A program made the translations under genes and the position numbers. Positions 37,566 through 47,258 of a stretch of 64,000 bases of DNA are shown here, one piece after another. How positions within the stretch are numbered: position 1 is the first letter of the stretch; every line of letters starts with the position of its first letter. Under the pieces are notes generated by a model. That model searched no databases, was not told where the DNA came from, and worked only from the letters and a program-made list of their open reading frames with translations. The stretch spans positions 17,646 through 81,645 of the forward strand of contig JBDNCJ010000002.1 in assembly GCA_046719715.1 (NCBI GenBank), written 5' to 3'. The stretch is from Chloroherpetonaceae bacterium (GTDB lineage: Bacteria > Bacteroidota > Chlorobiia > Chlorobiales > Thermochlorobacteraceae).

Positions 37566-38540
37566 ATGGACGCCAATCAACGCATTTCCGACCTTGAAGC
37601 GATTTTAAGCGAGTACATCGCGCAAAACACGCTCGCTCAACGTCGTTTTGAAGCTGAATCCAAGCAATTCAGAGAGGAAATGCTTGCTTTCAAAGAAGAG
37701 TTACGACGCGATACCCAAGCCTTCAAAGAAGAAGTGCGACGCGATACCCAAGCCTTCAAAGAAGAAGTGCGACGCGATACCCAAGCTCTCAAAGAGGAAA
37801 TGCTTGCTTTCAAAGAAGAGTTACAGCGCGATACCCAAGCCTTCAAAGAAGAGGTGCGGCGCGATACCCAAGCCCTCAAAGAAGAAATGCGAGCGTTCAA
37901 AGAAGAGTTACGGCGCGATACCCAAGCCTTCAAAGAAGAGGTGCGGCGCGATACCCAAGCCCTCAAAGAAGAAATGCGAGCGTTCAAAGAGGATATGCAG
38001 GTGTTCAAAGAGGAAATGCGAGCGTTCAAAGAGGATATGCGAGCGTTCAAAGAGGATATGCGAAGTTTCAAAGTCTATGTTGAAAACAGCATCAAAGAGA
38101 ACAATAAACAATGGGGCGGACTTGCAAATAAGCTTGGAACGATTGTTGAAGACCTTATTTTTCCTGCTTCCCGTCCTGTGGTTGAGTCTGTCTTCGGCGT
38201 TACGATTCAACAACTGAGCATGCGCGTCATTCGCCGCAACAATGAGTTGAAAGAAGAATTCGATGTCATTGCACTTTCTGAGAAGCAGCTCTTTTTGATT
38301 GAAGTGAAATCCACACCCCGCTTTGACTATTTGACCGATTTTGTTGAAAGAAAAATCGGCGTTTTCCGTCAACTTTTTCCCGAATATGCGTCAATGAGCA
38401 TCGTGCCGATTTTCGCCTCTATTTCTATTCCCGACGATTTCATTCGCACGGCTACAAACCGCAAAGTTTTCGTGATGGCTTATCGGGCGTGGGAGTATAT
38501 GGACATTCTCAACGCCAAAGAACTTCTGTCGCAATCGTAA
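37566..38540 (+). CDS. Repeat-expanded coiled-coil protein with C-terminal PD-(D/E)XK-like domain (DUF3782-like)
   Basis: WGGLANKLGTIVEDL, EEFDVIA...LIEVKS motifs after a long coiled coil. Confidence 0.75.
   Translation: MDANQRISDLEAILSEYIAQNTLAQRRFEAESKQFREEMLAFKEELRRDTQAFKEEVRRDTQAFKEEVRRDTQALKEEMLAFKEELQRDTQAFKEEVRRDTQALKEEMRAFKEELRRDTQAFKEEVRRDTQALKEEMRAFKEDMQVFKEEMRAFKEDMRAFKEDMRSFKVYVENSIKENNKQWGGLANKLGTIVEDLIFPASRPVVESVFGVTIQQLSMRVIRRNNELKEEFDVIALSEKQLFLIEVKSTPRFDYLTDFVERKIGVFRQLFPEYASMSIVPIFASISIPDDFIRTATNRKVFVMAYRAWEYMDILNAKELLSQS
37672..38070 (+). repeat. In-frame mixed 33-nt and 21-nt tandem repeats
   Basis: Units encode AFKEEVRRDTQ (11 aa) and AFKE(E/D)MR (7 aa). Confidence 0.9.
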
Positions 38541-38561
38541 CTTTTTTAGAAAAAGTGGCTT

Positions 38562-39062
38562 ATGGATAAGATGTTTTCACCCTGGCGGTCAAAATACATT
38601 GCCTCGTTCAAAGAGCCTGCACCGAAAAACGACAAAGGCTCCATCTTCGCCGACCTTCCACCCGAAGAAGACGAAGAGCGTCTCGTCGTGTATCGCGGCA
38701 AAAAATGCTTCGTCATCATGAATCTTTACCCTTACAATGCTGGACACTTGATGGTAATTCCGTATCAAGTTACGCCGAATCTTTCCGACCTTGACGACGA
38801 AGCCAAGCTCGAAGCCATGAACTTGATTGACCTTTCCATGCGCGCATTGAAAATCGTTTGCAATCCGCACGGGTTCAACATTGGGGCGAACATCGGGGCG
38901 GCGGCGGGCGGAAGCGTCGACTCGCATTTGCATTTCCACATCGTTCCACGCTGGAACGGTGATACGAACTTCATGCCGCTCATCGCTGAAACGAAAGTCA
39001 TCAGCAACGATATGCAGGAACTCTATCACAGTCTCAAACGCGCCTTCGCGGAACTCACTTAA
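38562..39062 (+). CDS. HIT-family protein (Ap4A phosphorylase/Fhit-like)
   Basis: SPWR, NLYPYNAGHLMV, HLHFHIVPRWNGDTNFMP. Confidence 0.9.
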   Translation: MDKMFSPWRSKYIASFKEPAPKNDKGSIFADLPPEEDEERLVVYRGKKCFVIMNLYPYNAGHLMVIPYQVTPNLSDLDDEAKLEAMNLIDLSMRALKIVCNPHGFNIGANIGAAAGGSVDSHLHFHIVPRWNGDTNFMPLIAETKVISNDMQELYHSLKRAFAELT

Positions 39063-39076
39063 CGCTCGATTCAACG

Positions 39077-39523
39077 ATGGAAACACCGCTTTTAAGTTTC
39101 GCTCAAAAAGCCGCCCTACTTACAGAAACAACCTCGCCGCAGTGGGGCACAATGACGGCGCACGCCATGCTCGAGCATCTTACCAACGCTTTAAGGCTCT
39201 CACAAGGGAAGTTTGAAGTTGAAATGAAAGTCGGCGAGCGCGAAGCCGCCATCCTCAAACGGCGCACGATTGGCTCTGAAACGCCGCTTCCCAAAAACAT
39301 TGAGAGTCCGATTGCCCCGAAAAACACATCGCTTCAATACGCCACACTTGCTGAAGCACAAGCGGCGTTCAATTCCGAGCTTGCTTCTTACTACGACTTT
39401 TTTTCTCGCAACCCCGACCGCGCAACGCTTCATCCGCTTTTTGGCAACGTCAATTTTTCCGAGTGGGAAAAGTTTCACTCCAAACACTTCACACACCACT
39501 TCACGCAATTTGGCTTGCTATGA
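39077..39523 (+). CDS. DinB-superfamily protein (DUF1569-like)
   Basis: PQWGTM.A..MLEHL, HPLFG, HFTHHFTQFG. Confidence 0.8.
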   Translation: METPLLSFAQKAALLTETTSPQWGTMTAHAMLEHLTNALRLSQGKFEVEMKVGEREAAILKRRTIGSETPLPKNIESPIAPKNTSLQYATLAEAQAAFNSELASYYDFFSRNPDRATLHPLFGNVNFSEWEKFHSKHFTHHFTQFGLL

Positions 39524-40788
39524 CCGAACAGCCTGAACAATTTAAGTTTTCGGAATTTCTTAAAGGGCTGTTCCAACGAAGTTTTGAATTAGAGATGCTC
39601 GTTTCCGGAATTGCGATTTTGCTATTGCTTCGCGCACCGGAAAGTTTAGATGCGTTGGGCGACCTTGCGATTCAAAACTCAGTCGGTCGCGACTTTTTCG
39701 CCATTGCAGGCGTCGCGCTTCATCGTCTCATCAAAGGGATTGTCTACATCGTCATTCTGAATTTGGTTTTTCATTTGATTTTACGATGCTTTTGGGTAAG
39801 CCTTGTCGGTCTCAAATCGGTTTATCCAAGCGAGATTGCGATTGAAAAAATCTCTCCCCGCCCGATGCTTCAAACTTTTATGAGGCGGCATCTTTTGAGC
39901 GTTGAATCGCTTGCAGAGCGCGTCGATAAAACCTGTCGCGTGCTTTTCGCATTTACGTTTGTCGTTGCGTTCTGTTTTCTTTCTATCACGGTTTCCGTGA
40001 TGCTCGGCGTTTATGTGCTCCTTCAACTGGGTTACGTCAGCATCGGCGATAATTCTCTTGTGATTTTTCTCCTGTTTTTCTTCGCGCCTCTTCTCTTCGT
40101 CATGCTCCTCGACTTCGCCTCGCTTAAACTTTCCGCGCTCTCCACACTTAAAGACGCGGCTTTTGTAACGCGAATTGCCATGTTTGTTTATTGGATTTAT
40201 GGCTTGCCGACGCTGAGCTTTCTGTATCGCTCGGTCTATTACTCTTTCCTGACGAATATTCGCAAAGTCGTTTTCTTTCCGCTTCTCTTTCTCTACGTCT
40301 TTGTTTGGATTGTGCTCACTTCCGATAGCAATAAAGACAACTTTGATTTCTTTCCCGATTGGCGCGGCGATTATTCCGTATCGTATTTCTGCTACGAGAG
40401 TTTGCGCCCGACGGGAAAACTTTTTCGCTCGCCGTTTATTCAATCAGAAATTATTTCAGAGCCTTACGTCAAATTGGTTCTCTCTTATTTCCCCGCCGAC
40501 AACGACAGCATCTTGTCGCGCGCTCCGTCGCTTTCAACTATGAACCGCTACAATCCCTCGCTTGAAGAAGTCAAACTTGCCGTCAGTGCGATTCAAAGCG
40601 TCTACAAAATTTCGTTAAACGACAGCCTGCTCACCGACCTCTCTTTTTCGCTTTACATGAATCCTAAAACCGACCATCCTTCCATCGTGAGTTTCATTCC
40701 CGTCGCGCATTTACCGAAAGGAAAACAGGTTCTCGTCGTCGAGCGCACCACCGCGAAGATGACGTGGTTCATTCCTTTTTATCTCTGA
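39520..40788 (+). CDS. Hypothetical multi-pass membrane protein
   Basis: ATGA overlap with the upstream gene; several TM segments; SFELEMLVSG motif. Confidence 0.7.
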   Translation: MTEQPEQFKFSEFLKGLFQRSFELEMLVSGIAILLLLRAPESLDALGDLAIQNSVGRDFFAIAGVALHRLIKGIVYIVILNLVFHLILRCFWVSLVGLKSVYPSEIAIEKISPRPMLQTFMRRHLLSVESLAERVDKTCRVLFAFTFVVAFCFLSITVSVMLGVYVLLQLGYVSIGDNSLVIFLLFFFAPLLFVMLLDFASLKLSALSTLKDAAFVTRIAMFVYWIYGLPTLSFLYRSVYYSFLTNIRKVVFFPLLFLYVFVWIVLTSDSNKDNFDFFPDWRGDYSVSYFCYESLRPTGKLFRSPFIQSEIISEPYVKLVLSYFPADNDSILSRAPSLSTMNRYNPSLEEVKLAVSAIQSVYKISLNDSLLTDLSFSLYMNPKTDHPSIVSFIPVAHLPKGKQVLVVERTTAKMTWFIPFYL

Positions 40789-40865
40789 TTTTTGTTCAGG
40801 CGTTTCAACTTAACCGTTTAAACCGATTTCAAGGTCAAGACGGTGGGTTTACAGACGTCGGTTCG

Positions 40866-40873
40866 TAACTTTG
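40866..40873 (+). promoter_or_regulatory. Putative -7 promoter element
   Basis: TAACTTTG 35 nt upstream of ATG 40909. Confidence 0.45.
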
Positions 40874-40908
40874 CACGATTCTTTTCAAGTTTAATTCCGA
40901 AGTTATCT

Positions 40909-43632
40909 ATGCGCGCTCTTCAAAAAACACTGCTCTGCTCGCTCTTCATTTTCTCTGCTGCTCCGCTCTTTGCCCAAGTTGATTTTCGTGAAGAAACCAT
41001 CTATTTCCTTTTGACCGCTCGATTCAACGACGGTGACTCGACGAATAATCGTCCGACCGAGTGGTGCTCATACCCTCGTCCGCAAATTACCGACCCACGC
41101 GACGTCACTTGGCGCGGCGACTTCAAAGGCTTGGTTCAGAAGTTGGACTACATCAAAGATTTAGGCTTCACGGCTATTTGGATTACGCCGATTGTTCAGA
41201 ACCGAAGTCCGCTCGATTATCACGGCTATCACGCTTGGGATTTCAATGTCGTCGACCCGCGTTTGGAATCACCGGGCTACACCTTTCAAACCCTCATTGA
41301 CTCCGCTCACGCCAAAGGCATTAAAGTGATTTTAGACGTGGTGCTTAATCACGCGGGACGCTTTGGAATTAAACATCGTGCGGAAATCAAATACAACACC
41401 GACCCGACCAAGCCTTGGGGACAAGACCGCTTCGGCAACCCGCTTCAACCGAATCCGAATTGGCAATACGACGGCATGACGCCGAATCCCGACGACGATA
41501 AAATTTGGTCGCGCGCCAATCTTGCGCCGATGCCGCCGCCCTACAATCAAAACCTTGCCGCATTTAACTTTCCAAGCAAAGAAAATTACGTCGATACCAG
41601 CGACCCGAATTGGTATCATCATTCAGGCAACGGCTTTGCACAAGGCTACGACGATACCGTCAATCTCTACTACCGCGCCCTTGCAGGCGACACACCCGAC
41701 CTCAACACCGAGAGCGATACGGTTCGACAATATCTCGTTAATGCTTACAATCGCTTCATCGATATGGGAATCGATGGCATGCGCCTCGACGCCGTCAAGC
41801 ACATCAGCAAGGGAAGTTTGATTTACTTCATTGACCAATTCAAAGCCCGCAATCCGAACTTGTTCATTTTCGGCGAAGTGGCGCAAAAGCGGCATGAGTT
41901 GCATCAAGTTCAAGAAATCAATCCGCACTGGTATACTTGGCGCGGAGCCGTTGGCGCATCGCCGTCGTCGCGCATGTCCGTTTTGGATTTTTATGCGATG
42001 GCAACCTTTCATCTTTTCGAGCGCGGCGAATCCATTTCAGGCGTAACGGCGGCGGCGCGCTACGACCACCTTTACTCGAACCCCTCCGAACTCGTTACCT
42101 TCTTGGATAATCACGACTTCGGACCGAATAATGATTGGAATCGTCGATTCGGAAACACGCCGCAAAATCTCGCCGCGTGCATGAATTTCATGTTCACTTG
42201 GCGCGGTATTCCGTGCGTGTATTACGGAACGGAAATGCAGTTCAAACGTGGGGCTTTCGCCGATATTCAAAGCGCAAGCGACATTGAACGCTCGATTGAT
42301 AACACCGGACGCGCTTACTATGGCGACGTGATGCATCAAGCCCCGTCGCACCCTGTTTATCAGCACCTTAAAAAACTCAACGCGATTCGTCGCGCTGTGC
42401 CCGCGTTGCAAAAAGGCTCGTGGCAATGGGGCGGGAATCCTGGTCCGAACGGTGTCGGCTACATTCGACGCTTCGGCACAAGCGAAGTCGTTGTTGGCTT
42501 GGCGAAAGATGGAAACGCAACATTCAATTTCACTGGCGTAACCAATGGCGTTTATCGCGACGCGGTAACGGGCGCGGAAGTTACCGTAACCAACGGCACG
42601 CTTTCGTTTACAGTCGCACCCAGTTCGGCAGGCATTTATGTCTTGAATGGACCGGGACTCATCGGCGCGTTGGGTGCGGGATACTTTCAGACTTCCGCGA
42701 ATCCCGGAAGTGGTGGCGGCGGCAGTGGTGCAAGCATTGTTACTTTCAATCCGAACCCCGCACAAGCCGGCGCCCCACTCATGATTACTTATCAAGGCTT
42801 TTTGAGTTCGCAATCACAAGTCAATCTCTATTGGGGCATTGATAATTGGCAGAACATTACCACAACGCCAATGACACGGCTCAACGATTCGACTTGGCGC
42901 GTTACCGTAACCGTGCCTTCAACGGCACAACAACGCTTCGTTTGTGTCTTCAATAACGGTCAGGGACTTTGGGATAACAACAACAGCGCAGATTATCAAG
43001 TCAGCGTAACGGGCGGCTCGTCAGGAGGTAATGGCATCACCGTTTATTTCAAACCGCCAAACACTTGGAGTGGCACACCGCGCCTTTACTTTTATGAAAC
43101 TTCTCCAAGCGTGCCCGAGCCCACTTGGGATACATCACCAACTATGACCGCTCACGGCAATGGATGGTTCAGACACACGATTGCTAGCGTCAATAGCGTG
43201 CGCGTCATTTTCCGCGACAATGGCTCAAATCAAATTCCTGCCTCGATGCAACCCGGCTTTTTGAGAACGCGCGACGGCTGGTTCGACGGCACAACGCAAA
43301 TCTGGTCGGATAATCCGCCGCTCTCTTTCCAAGAGCCTTCAAAGCCACAAGACTTTTCGCTTTTGCAGAACTATCCAAATCCATTTAATCCAACAACAGT
43401 TATCACTTACACCTTGCCAACACCCAGCGCCGTTACGCTGACACTCTTTGATGTGCTTGGCAGAACCGTCGCCACGCTTGTTGACGTCAAACAATACGCA
43501 GGCATACACCATTACAACTTGAATACCTCTCTCTACAACCTATCAAGCGGCGTTTATTTCTACCGTTTGCAGGCAAGCGGCGCGAATGGACAATCGTTTG
43601 TTGAAACCAAGAAGATGTTGCTGACAAAGTAG
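40909..43632 (+). CDS. Secreted GH13 alpha-amylase with starch-binding modules and T9SS-type C-terminal domain
   Basis: DVVLNH, GMRLDAVKH, GEV, FLDNHD catalytic regions; WDNN and YFKPP..W CBM-like modules; QNYPNPFNP...GVYFYRL...KKMLL tail. Confidence 0.9.
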   Translation: MRALQKTLLCSLFIFSAAPLFAQVDFREETIYFLLTARFNDGDSTNNRPTEWCSYPRPQITDPRDVTWRGDFKGLVQKLDYIKDLGFTAIWITPIVQNRSPLDYHGYHAWDFNVVDPRLESPGYTFQTLIDSAHAKGIKVILDVVLNHAGRFGIKHRAEIKYNTDPTKPWGQDRFGNPLQPNPNWQYDGMTPNPDDDKIWSRANLAPMPPPYNQNLAAFNFPSKENYVDTSDPNWYHHSGNGFAQGYDDTVNLYYRALAGDTPDLNTESDTVRQYLVNAYNRFIDMGIDGMRLDAVKHISKGSLIYFIDQFKARNPNLFIFGEVAQKRHELHQVQEINPHWYTWRGAVGASPSSRMSVLDFYAMATFHLFERGESISGVTAAARYDHLYSNPSELVTFLDNHDFGPNNDWNRRFGNTPQNLAACMNFMFTWRGIPCVYYGTEMQFKRGAFADIQSASDIERSIDNTGRAYYGDVMHQAPSHPVYQHLKKLNAIRRAVPALQKGSWQWGGNPGPNGVGYIRRFGTSEVVVGLAKDGNATFNFTGVTNGVYRDAVTGAEVTVTNGTLSFTVAPSSAGIYVLNGPGLIGALGAGYFQTSANPGSGGGGSGASIVTFNPNPAQAGAPLMITYQGFLSSQSQVNLYWGIDNWQNITTTPMTRLNDSTWRVTVTVPSTAQQRFVCVFNNGQGLWDNNNSADYQVSVTGGSSGGNGITVYFKPPNTWSGTPRLYFYETSPSVPEPTWDTSPTMTAHGNGWFRHTIASVNSVRVIFRDNGSNQIPASMQPGFLRTRDGWFDGTTQIWSDNPPLSFQEPSKPQDFSLLQNYPNPFNPTTVITYTLPTPSAVTLTLFDVLGRTVATLVDVKQYAGIHHYNLNTSLYNLSSGVYFYRLQASGANGQSFVETKKMLLTK

Positions 43633-43653
43633 TCCTTGTTAATCATCATAACT

Positions 43654-43684
43654 TGGGGCGGAGCAATCCGCCCCTTTGTTTTTT
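43654..43684 (+). terminator. Rho-independent terminator after amylase
   Basis: GGGGCGGA-GCAA-TCCGCCCC followed by TTTGTTTTTT. Confidence 0.85.
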
Positions 43685-43723
43685 ATCAGCCGAAAACAGT
43701 GGTCATGTAACTTTTTTGTATTT

Positions 43724-43845
43724 GTCATTCTAACCCTGAACGAAGTGAAGGGGAAGAATCCACTGGATTCCTCGCTTCGCTCGGAATGGCGTCGGTGCTC
43801 AACGGTCATCTTTTCACTTTTAACTCTCAACTCGTTTGGAATGAC
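43724..43845. repeat. REP-like palindromic element, copy C (most complete)
   Basis: GTCATTCTAACCCTGAACGAAGTGAAGGGGAAGAATCC-ACT-GGATTCCTCGCTTCGCTCGGAATGGC, then TTTTAACTCTCAACT and GGAATGAC. Confidence 0.75.
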
Positions 43846-43869
43846 GAACACATTTTTATAGCACTACCT

Positions 43870-45201
43870 TTAAGTGTCGAAGAAACGCTTTATTTTTTCA
43901 AACGAGGGCTGTTTTCTGATGAGCGATTGAATTAAATCGAGCATCACGTTTGCGCCTTGTGCAAAGTAAATCGGACGCGACGAAATGATGTTGGTGTAAT
44001 AGACGGCGGGAATGCCGAGTTCTTTGACGTAACTATCCAGCGAAGTTGTGCCGACGACCAAGTTGGGTTTGTATTTCAGGACGGCGCGGCGGTCTTCTTC
44101 GAGATATTTGCGATAGCGCAGTTCTGTGCCGAGCATCGTGAGCAGGTTGTGGTCGTCGTCGCCCAGTTGGGTATGTGCAATTGACGTTGAGGCATATGGC
44201 ACATTAAGCCCTGCCTCTAAAAGCAATCGAACGAGCGGAAACTCGTTGCCTTCGTAGCCCGCCACAATCACCGTTCCCTTCATTTTCTTAGCATCGATGA
44301 CGGCTTTAATTTTTGTTTTCTCTTCTTGGGCAACTTGCTCGACCGTTTTTTCATCAAGCCCTAAGGCGTCGCCAATTTGTTTAATCCATCTGTAAGTAGA
44401 ATTCACGCCGACCGGATTTCCCGCCACGACTTTCACGCCGCGCTCGCGATAAAAATGCTCGACGCGCTCATAAAACGGATGAAGCACCACCGCGACGCCC
44501 ACATTTCCGGCTTCTTTGTAATCGTCTAACTCTTGCGAGGGCAAGGTCAAGACGGATTCGACGCCGATTCGCTCTAAGACTTGTCCAATCATCATGGCGT
44601 CAAGCGGAAAAATTTCGCCGATAATCGCGACGGATTTTTTGCGCGTTTCGCTTGGGATTTGAGCGAAGCGTTTAAGCAAGGCTTCAACGGCGATGTCTTT
44701 GGCTTCGGGGTGCGATTTGATGAGATAAGCCGGAATGCGCACCAGCACGACTTCGGCGTTTCCGACTTTCTTGGGCAAAAGTTCTTCAGCAATTCCAGCA
44801 GTCTCGGCAACGCACAGACTCACAACGGGAATCAGTCGAATGGCTTTATCTTTGGCAATTTCTTCGAGCGTGTGGCGAATGTCGTGAATCATGGTGCCGC
44901 TTGAAAGTTGTTGCGACATCAGTTCAGGAGAGACGATAGATTTTTTTGCGGCGTAAAAATGCGTTACGAAGGTTAAGCCATACATACAGCCTTTGTCGGT
45001 TGCCATGCAGACTTGTGCGCCGTCAATGCGCGTAATGACCCGCAATCCACCGAAGGCAGGGCACATGGTTTGTGGGTGCAGATTCAGCTCTTCTTCCTTT
45101 TCGCCTTTATGTTGCTCGTGAAGGATGTTGAAGAGGTGATTAAAATCGTTGCTCCCGTCACTTTGAGGCACAGTCGGATTCGGTGTTGATGTGGTGTTCA
45201 T
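43870..45201 (-). CDS. bchY: Chlorophyllide a reductase subunit Y
   Basis: HPQTMCPAFGGLRV, GCMYGLTFVTHFYAAKKS, LCVAETAG, GYEGNE, YYTNIISSRP. Confidence 0.9.
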   Translation of the reverse strand: MNTTSTPNPTVPQSDGSNDFNHLFNILHEQHKGEKEEELNLHPQTMCPAFGGLRVITRIDGAQVCMATDKGCMYGLTFVTHFYAAKKSIVSPELMSQQLSSGTMIHDIRHTLEEIAKDKAIRLIPVVSLCVAETAGIAEELLPKKVGNAEVVLVRIPAYLIKSHPEAKDIAVEALLKRFAQIPSETRKKSVAIIGEIFPLDAMMIGQVLERIGVESVLTLPSQELDDYKEAGNVGVAVVLHPFYERVEHFYRERGVKVVAGNPVGVNSTYRWIKQIGDALGLDEKTVEQVAQEEKTKIKAVIDAKKMKGTVIVAGYEGNEFPLVRLLLEAGLNVPYASTSIAHTQLGDDDHNLLTMLGTELRYRKYLEEDRRAVLKYKPNLVVGTTSLDSYVKELGIPAVYYTNIISSRPIYFAQGANVMLDLIQSLIRKQPSFEKIKRFFDT

Positions 45202-45266
45202 TTTTCACTCCGTTTAGGTTCTGCTTGCATGATGCAAAAAGTTTATCGGAGCGGCAAATCATATCG

Positions 45267-45605
45267 TCAGTAGAGCAGATGTTTTTTTGATGCCTCTCGC
45301 CAGCGTGCTTGGCTTTCGTATTTGACGAAATGAATTTTCAAATCGGCTTGGCTCGGATAGTCCACAAAGAAAATTTTCACCTGCGCTTGACTTTCATACT
45401 TGGTGAAAAACCATAGCCCCTCGTTGCCTCTCGCTTGACTTTCATATTTGACTTTGAAGACGAGGAGGTCGGCTTGACTGGGGTAGTCGACCACGAAGAC
45501 TTTGACGTCGGCTTGGCTGGGATAGTTGCACGAGAAAACTTTTTGTGCCGACACGCTTTGCGTAAGTAGTAGCAAGCCAATCAAGATGAGGAAAGTTTTT
45601 ATCAT
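45267..45605 (-). CDS. Small exported repeat protein (DUF6150-like)
   Basis: Signal peptide; repeated (V)DY(P/E)SQAD(V/L)K(V/I)F units. Confidence 0.7.
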   Translation of the reverse strand: MIKTFLILIGLLLLTQSVSAQKVFSCNYPSQADVKVFVVDYPSQADLLVFKVKYESQARGNEGLWFFTKYESQAQVKIFFVDYPSQADLKIHFVKYESQARWREASKKHLLY

Positions 45606-45626
45606 CGTCGTTTTTGTTCAACACGG

Positions 45627-46421
45627 TTATGTTCTTGACACGCTTTGCACATTCGCCAGTGGGAGTTGAAGTTTCTCGGCGATTTGCTCATCGCTTAACC
45701 CCAACTCTCTCAAAATCGGCACTGCTGCAAGTTTGCCTTTTTGCTCACCCTTTTGCTCGCCTTCCAGCCTGCCTTTTTGCTCGCCTTCCAGCCTACCTTC
45801 TGCTTTGCCTTTGGCAAAGACTTCCTTGTAAAACGGCGTGTCCTTCAATAACGCTTCCTCTATTTCCAACATCGCTTTCACCTCCGCTTCGGTTAGGTTC
45901 TTGTAGGCTAAAATGTTCAAGAGTAATTCCATCTGAACCTTGTCGGCTCTCGCCGCAATCTTCCGCGCCAATGCTCCTAGCTCTTTCTTCGGCACAATCA
46001 ACATCTCTAACAAACTCACCGCAACTGACTCCATCGGCGGCAACTCGTCCAAATATATCCGTTTGACTTGCTTCAATGCAAGCAAGTCTCGGTATCCCTC
46101 AAGGTCTTTTTGTTCCGCACTCCGCGAAGAATAAATCACGACAGCGTTCCACTGACGCGTCGGATATTGTTTGAGATAAAGAAAAATTTCAGCGAAGAAT
46201 CGCGCGTAGAATTGTTCGTCGCGTTGAAATTGCGCTTCCACAAAGTATGTCGTGTCGTCGCTGTCAGGAATGAAAAGTCCATCAATGCGAAACGCAACTT
46301 CTTTGAGCTCAACCGATTTGAATGTGTAGTGCAACGCGTCGTCGGGAGTCCTGCCAATGAGCGCGAAAAAACCTTGCGGAAAATGCTGCAAAATCAGGTA
46401 TATCAACTTGTCAGTGTGCAT
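45627..46421 (-). CDS. Rpn family (DUF2887) nuclease, tandem copy C
   Basis: MHTDKLIY, FKSVELKE..FRIDG, FVEAQFQRD..FY.RFFAE, EGEQKG repeats, HTH-like tail. Confidence 0.88.
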   Translation of the reverse strand: MHTDKLIYLILQHFPQGFFALIGRTPDDALHYTFKSVELKEVAFRIDGLFIPDSDDTTYFVEAQFQRDEQFYARFFAEIFLYLKQYPTRQWNAVVIYSSRSAEQKDLEGYRDLLALKQVKRIYLDELPPMESVAVSLLEMLIVPKKELGALARKIAARADKVQMELLLNILAYKNLTEAEVKAMLEIEEALLKDTPFYKEVFAKGKAEGRLEGEQKGRLEGEQKGEQKGKLAAVPILRELGLSDEQIAEKLQLPLANVQSVSRT

Positions 46422-46436
46422 ATCTGCTCGGCAGGC

Positions 46437-47243
46437 TTACCCCTTCGGCACGCTTTGCACATTCGCCAGTGGGAGTTGAAGTTTCTCGGCGATTTGCTCA
46501 TCGCTTAACCCCAACTCTCTCAAAATCGGCACTGCTGCAAGTTTGCCTTTTTGCTCGCCTTCTTGTCTGCCTTTTTGCTCACCTTCTTGTCTGCCTTTTT
46601 GCTCGCCTTCTTGCTTACCTTCTGCTTTGCCTTTGGCAAAGACTTCCTTGTAAAACGGCGTGTCCTTCAATAACGCTTCCTCTATTTCCAACATCGCTTT
46701 CACCTCCGCTTCGGTTAGGTTCTTGTAGGCTAAAATGTTCAAGAGTAATTCCATCTGAACCTTGTCGGCTCTCGCCGCAATCTTCCGCGCCAATGCTCCT
46801 AGCTCTTTCTTCGGCACAATCAACATCTCTAACAAACTCACCGCAACTGACTCCATCGGCGGCAACTCGTCCAAATATATCCGTTTGACTTGCTTCAATG
46901 CAAGCAAGTCTCGGTATCCCTCAAGGTCTTTTTGTTCCGCACTCCGCGAAGAATAAATCACGACAGCGTTCCACTGACGCGTCGGATATTGTTTGAGATA
47001 AAGAAAAATTTCAGCGAAGAATCGCGCGTAGAATTGTTCGTCGCGTTGAAATTGCGCTTCCACAAAGTATGTCGTGTCGTCGCTGTCAGGAATGAAAAGT
47101 CCATCAATGCGAAACGCAACTTCTTTGAGCTCAACCGATTTGAATGTGTAGTGCAACGCGTCGTCGGGAGTCCTGCCAATGAGCGCGAAAAAACCTTGCG
47201 GAAAATGCTGCAAAATCAGGTATATCAACTTGTCAGTGTGCAT
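46437..47243 (-). CDS. Rpn family (DUF2887) nuclease, tandem copy B
   Basis: Body identical in protein sequence to copy C, tail identical to copy A. Confidence 0.88.
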   Translation of the reverse strand: MHTDKLIYLILQHFPQGFFALIGRTPDDALHYTFKSVELKEVAFRIDGLFIPDSDDTTYFVEAQFQRDEQFYARFFAEIFLYLKQYPTRQWNAVVIYSSRSAEQKDLEGYRDLLALKQVKRIYLDELPPMESVAVSLLEMLIVPKKELGALARKIAARADKVQMELLLNILAYKNLTEAEVKAMLEIEEALLKDTPFYKEVFAKGKAEGKQEGEQKGRQEGEQKGRQEGEQKGKLAAVPILRELGLSDEQIAEKLQLPLANVQSVPKG

Positions 47244-47258
47244 ATCTGCTCGGCAGGC

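Noticed and set aside
37672-38070. Possible CRISPR array (regular ~33-nt repeats)
   Set aside because: Units abut with no unique spacers, are in frame within a protein, and no cas genes are present in the window.
43870-45201. Nitrogenase or protochlorophyllide reductase (NifD/K, BchN/B) assignment; missing bchX/bchZ as an anomaly
   Set aside because: The motifs match BchY, and dispersed bch genes are normal in Chlorobi.
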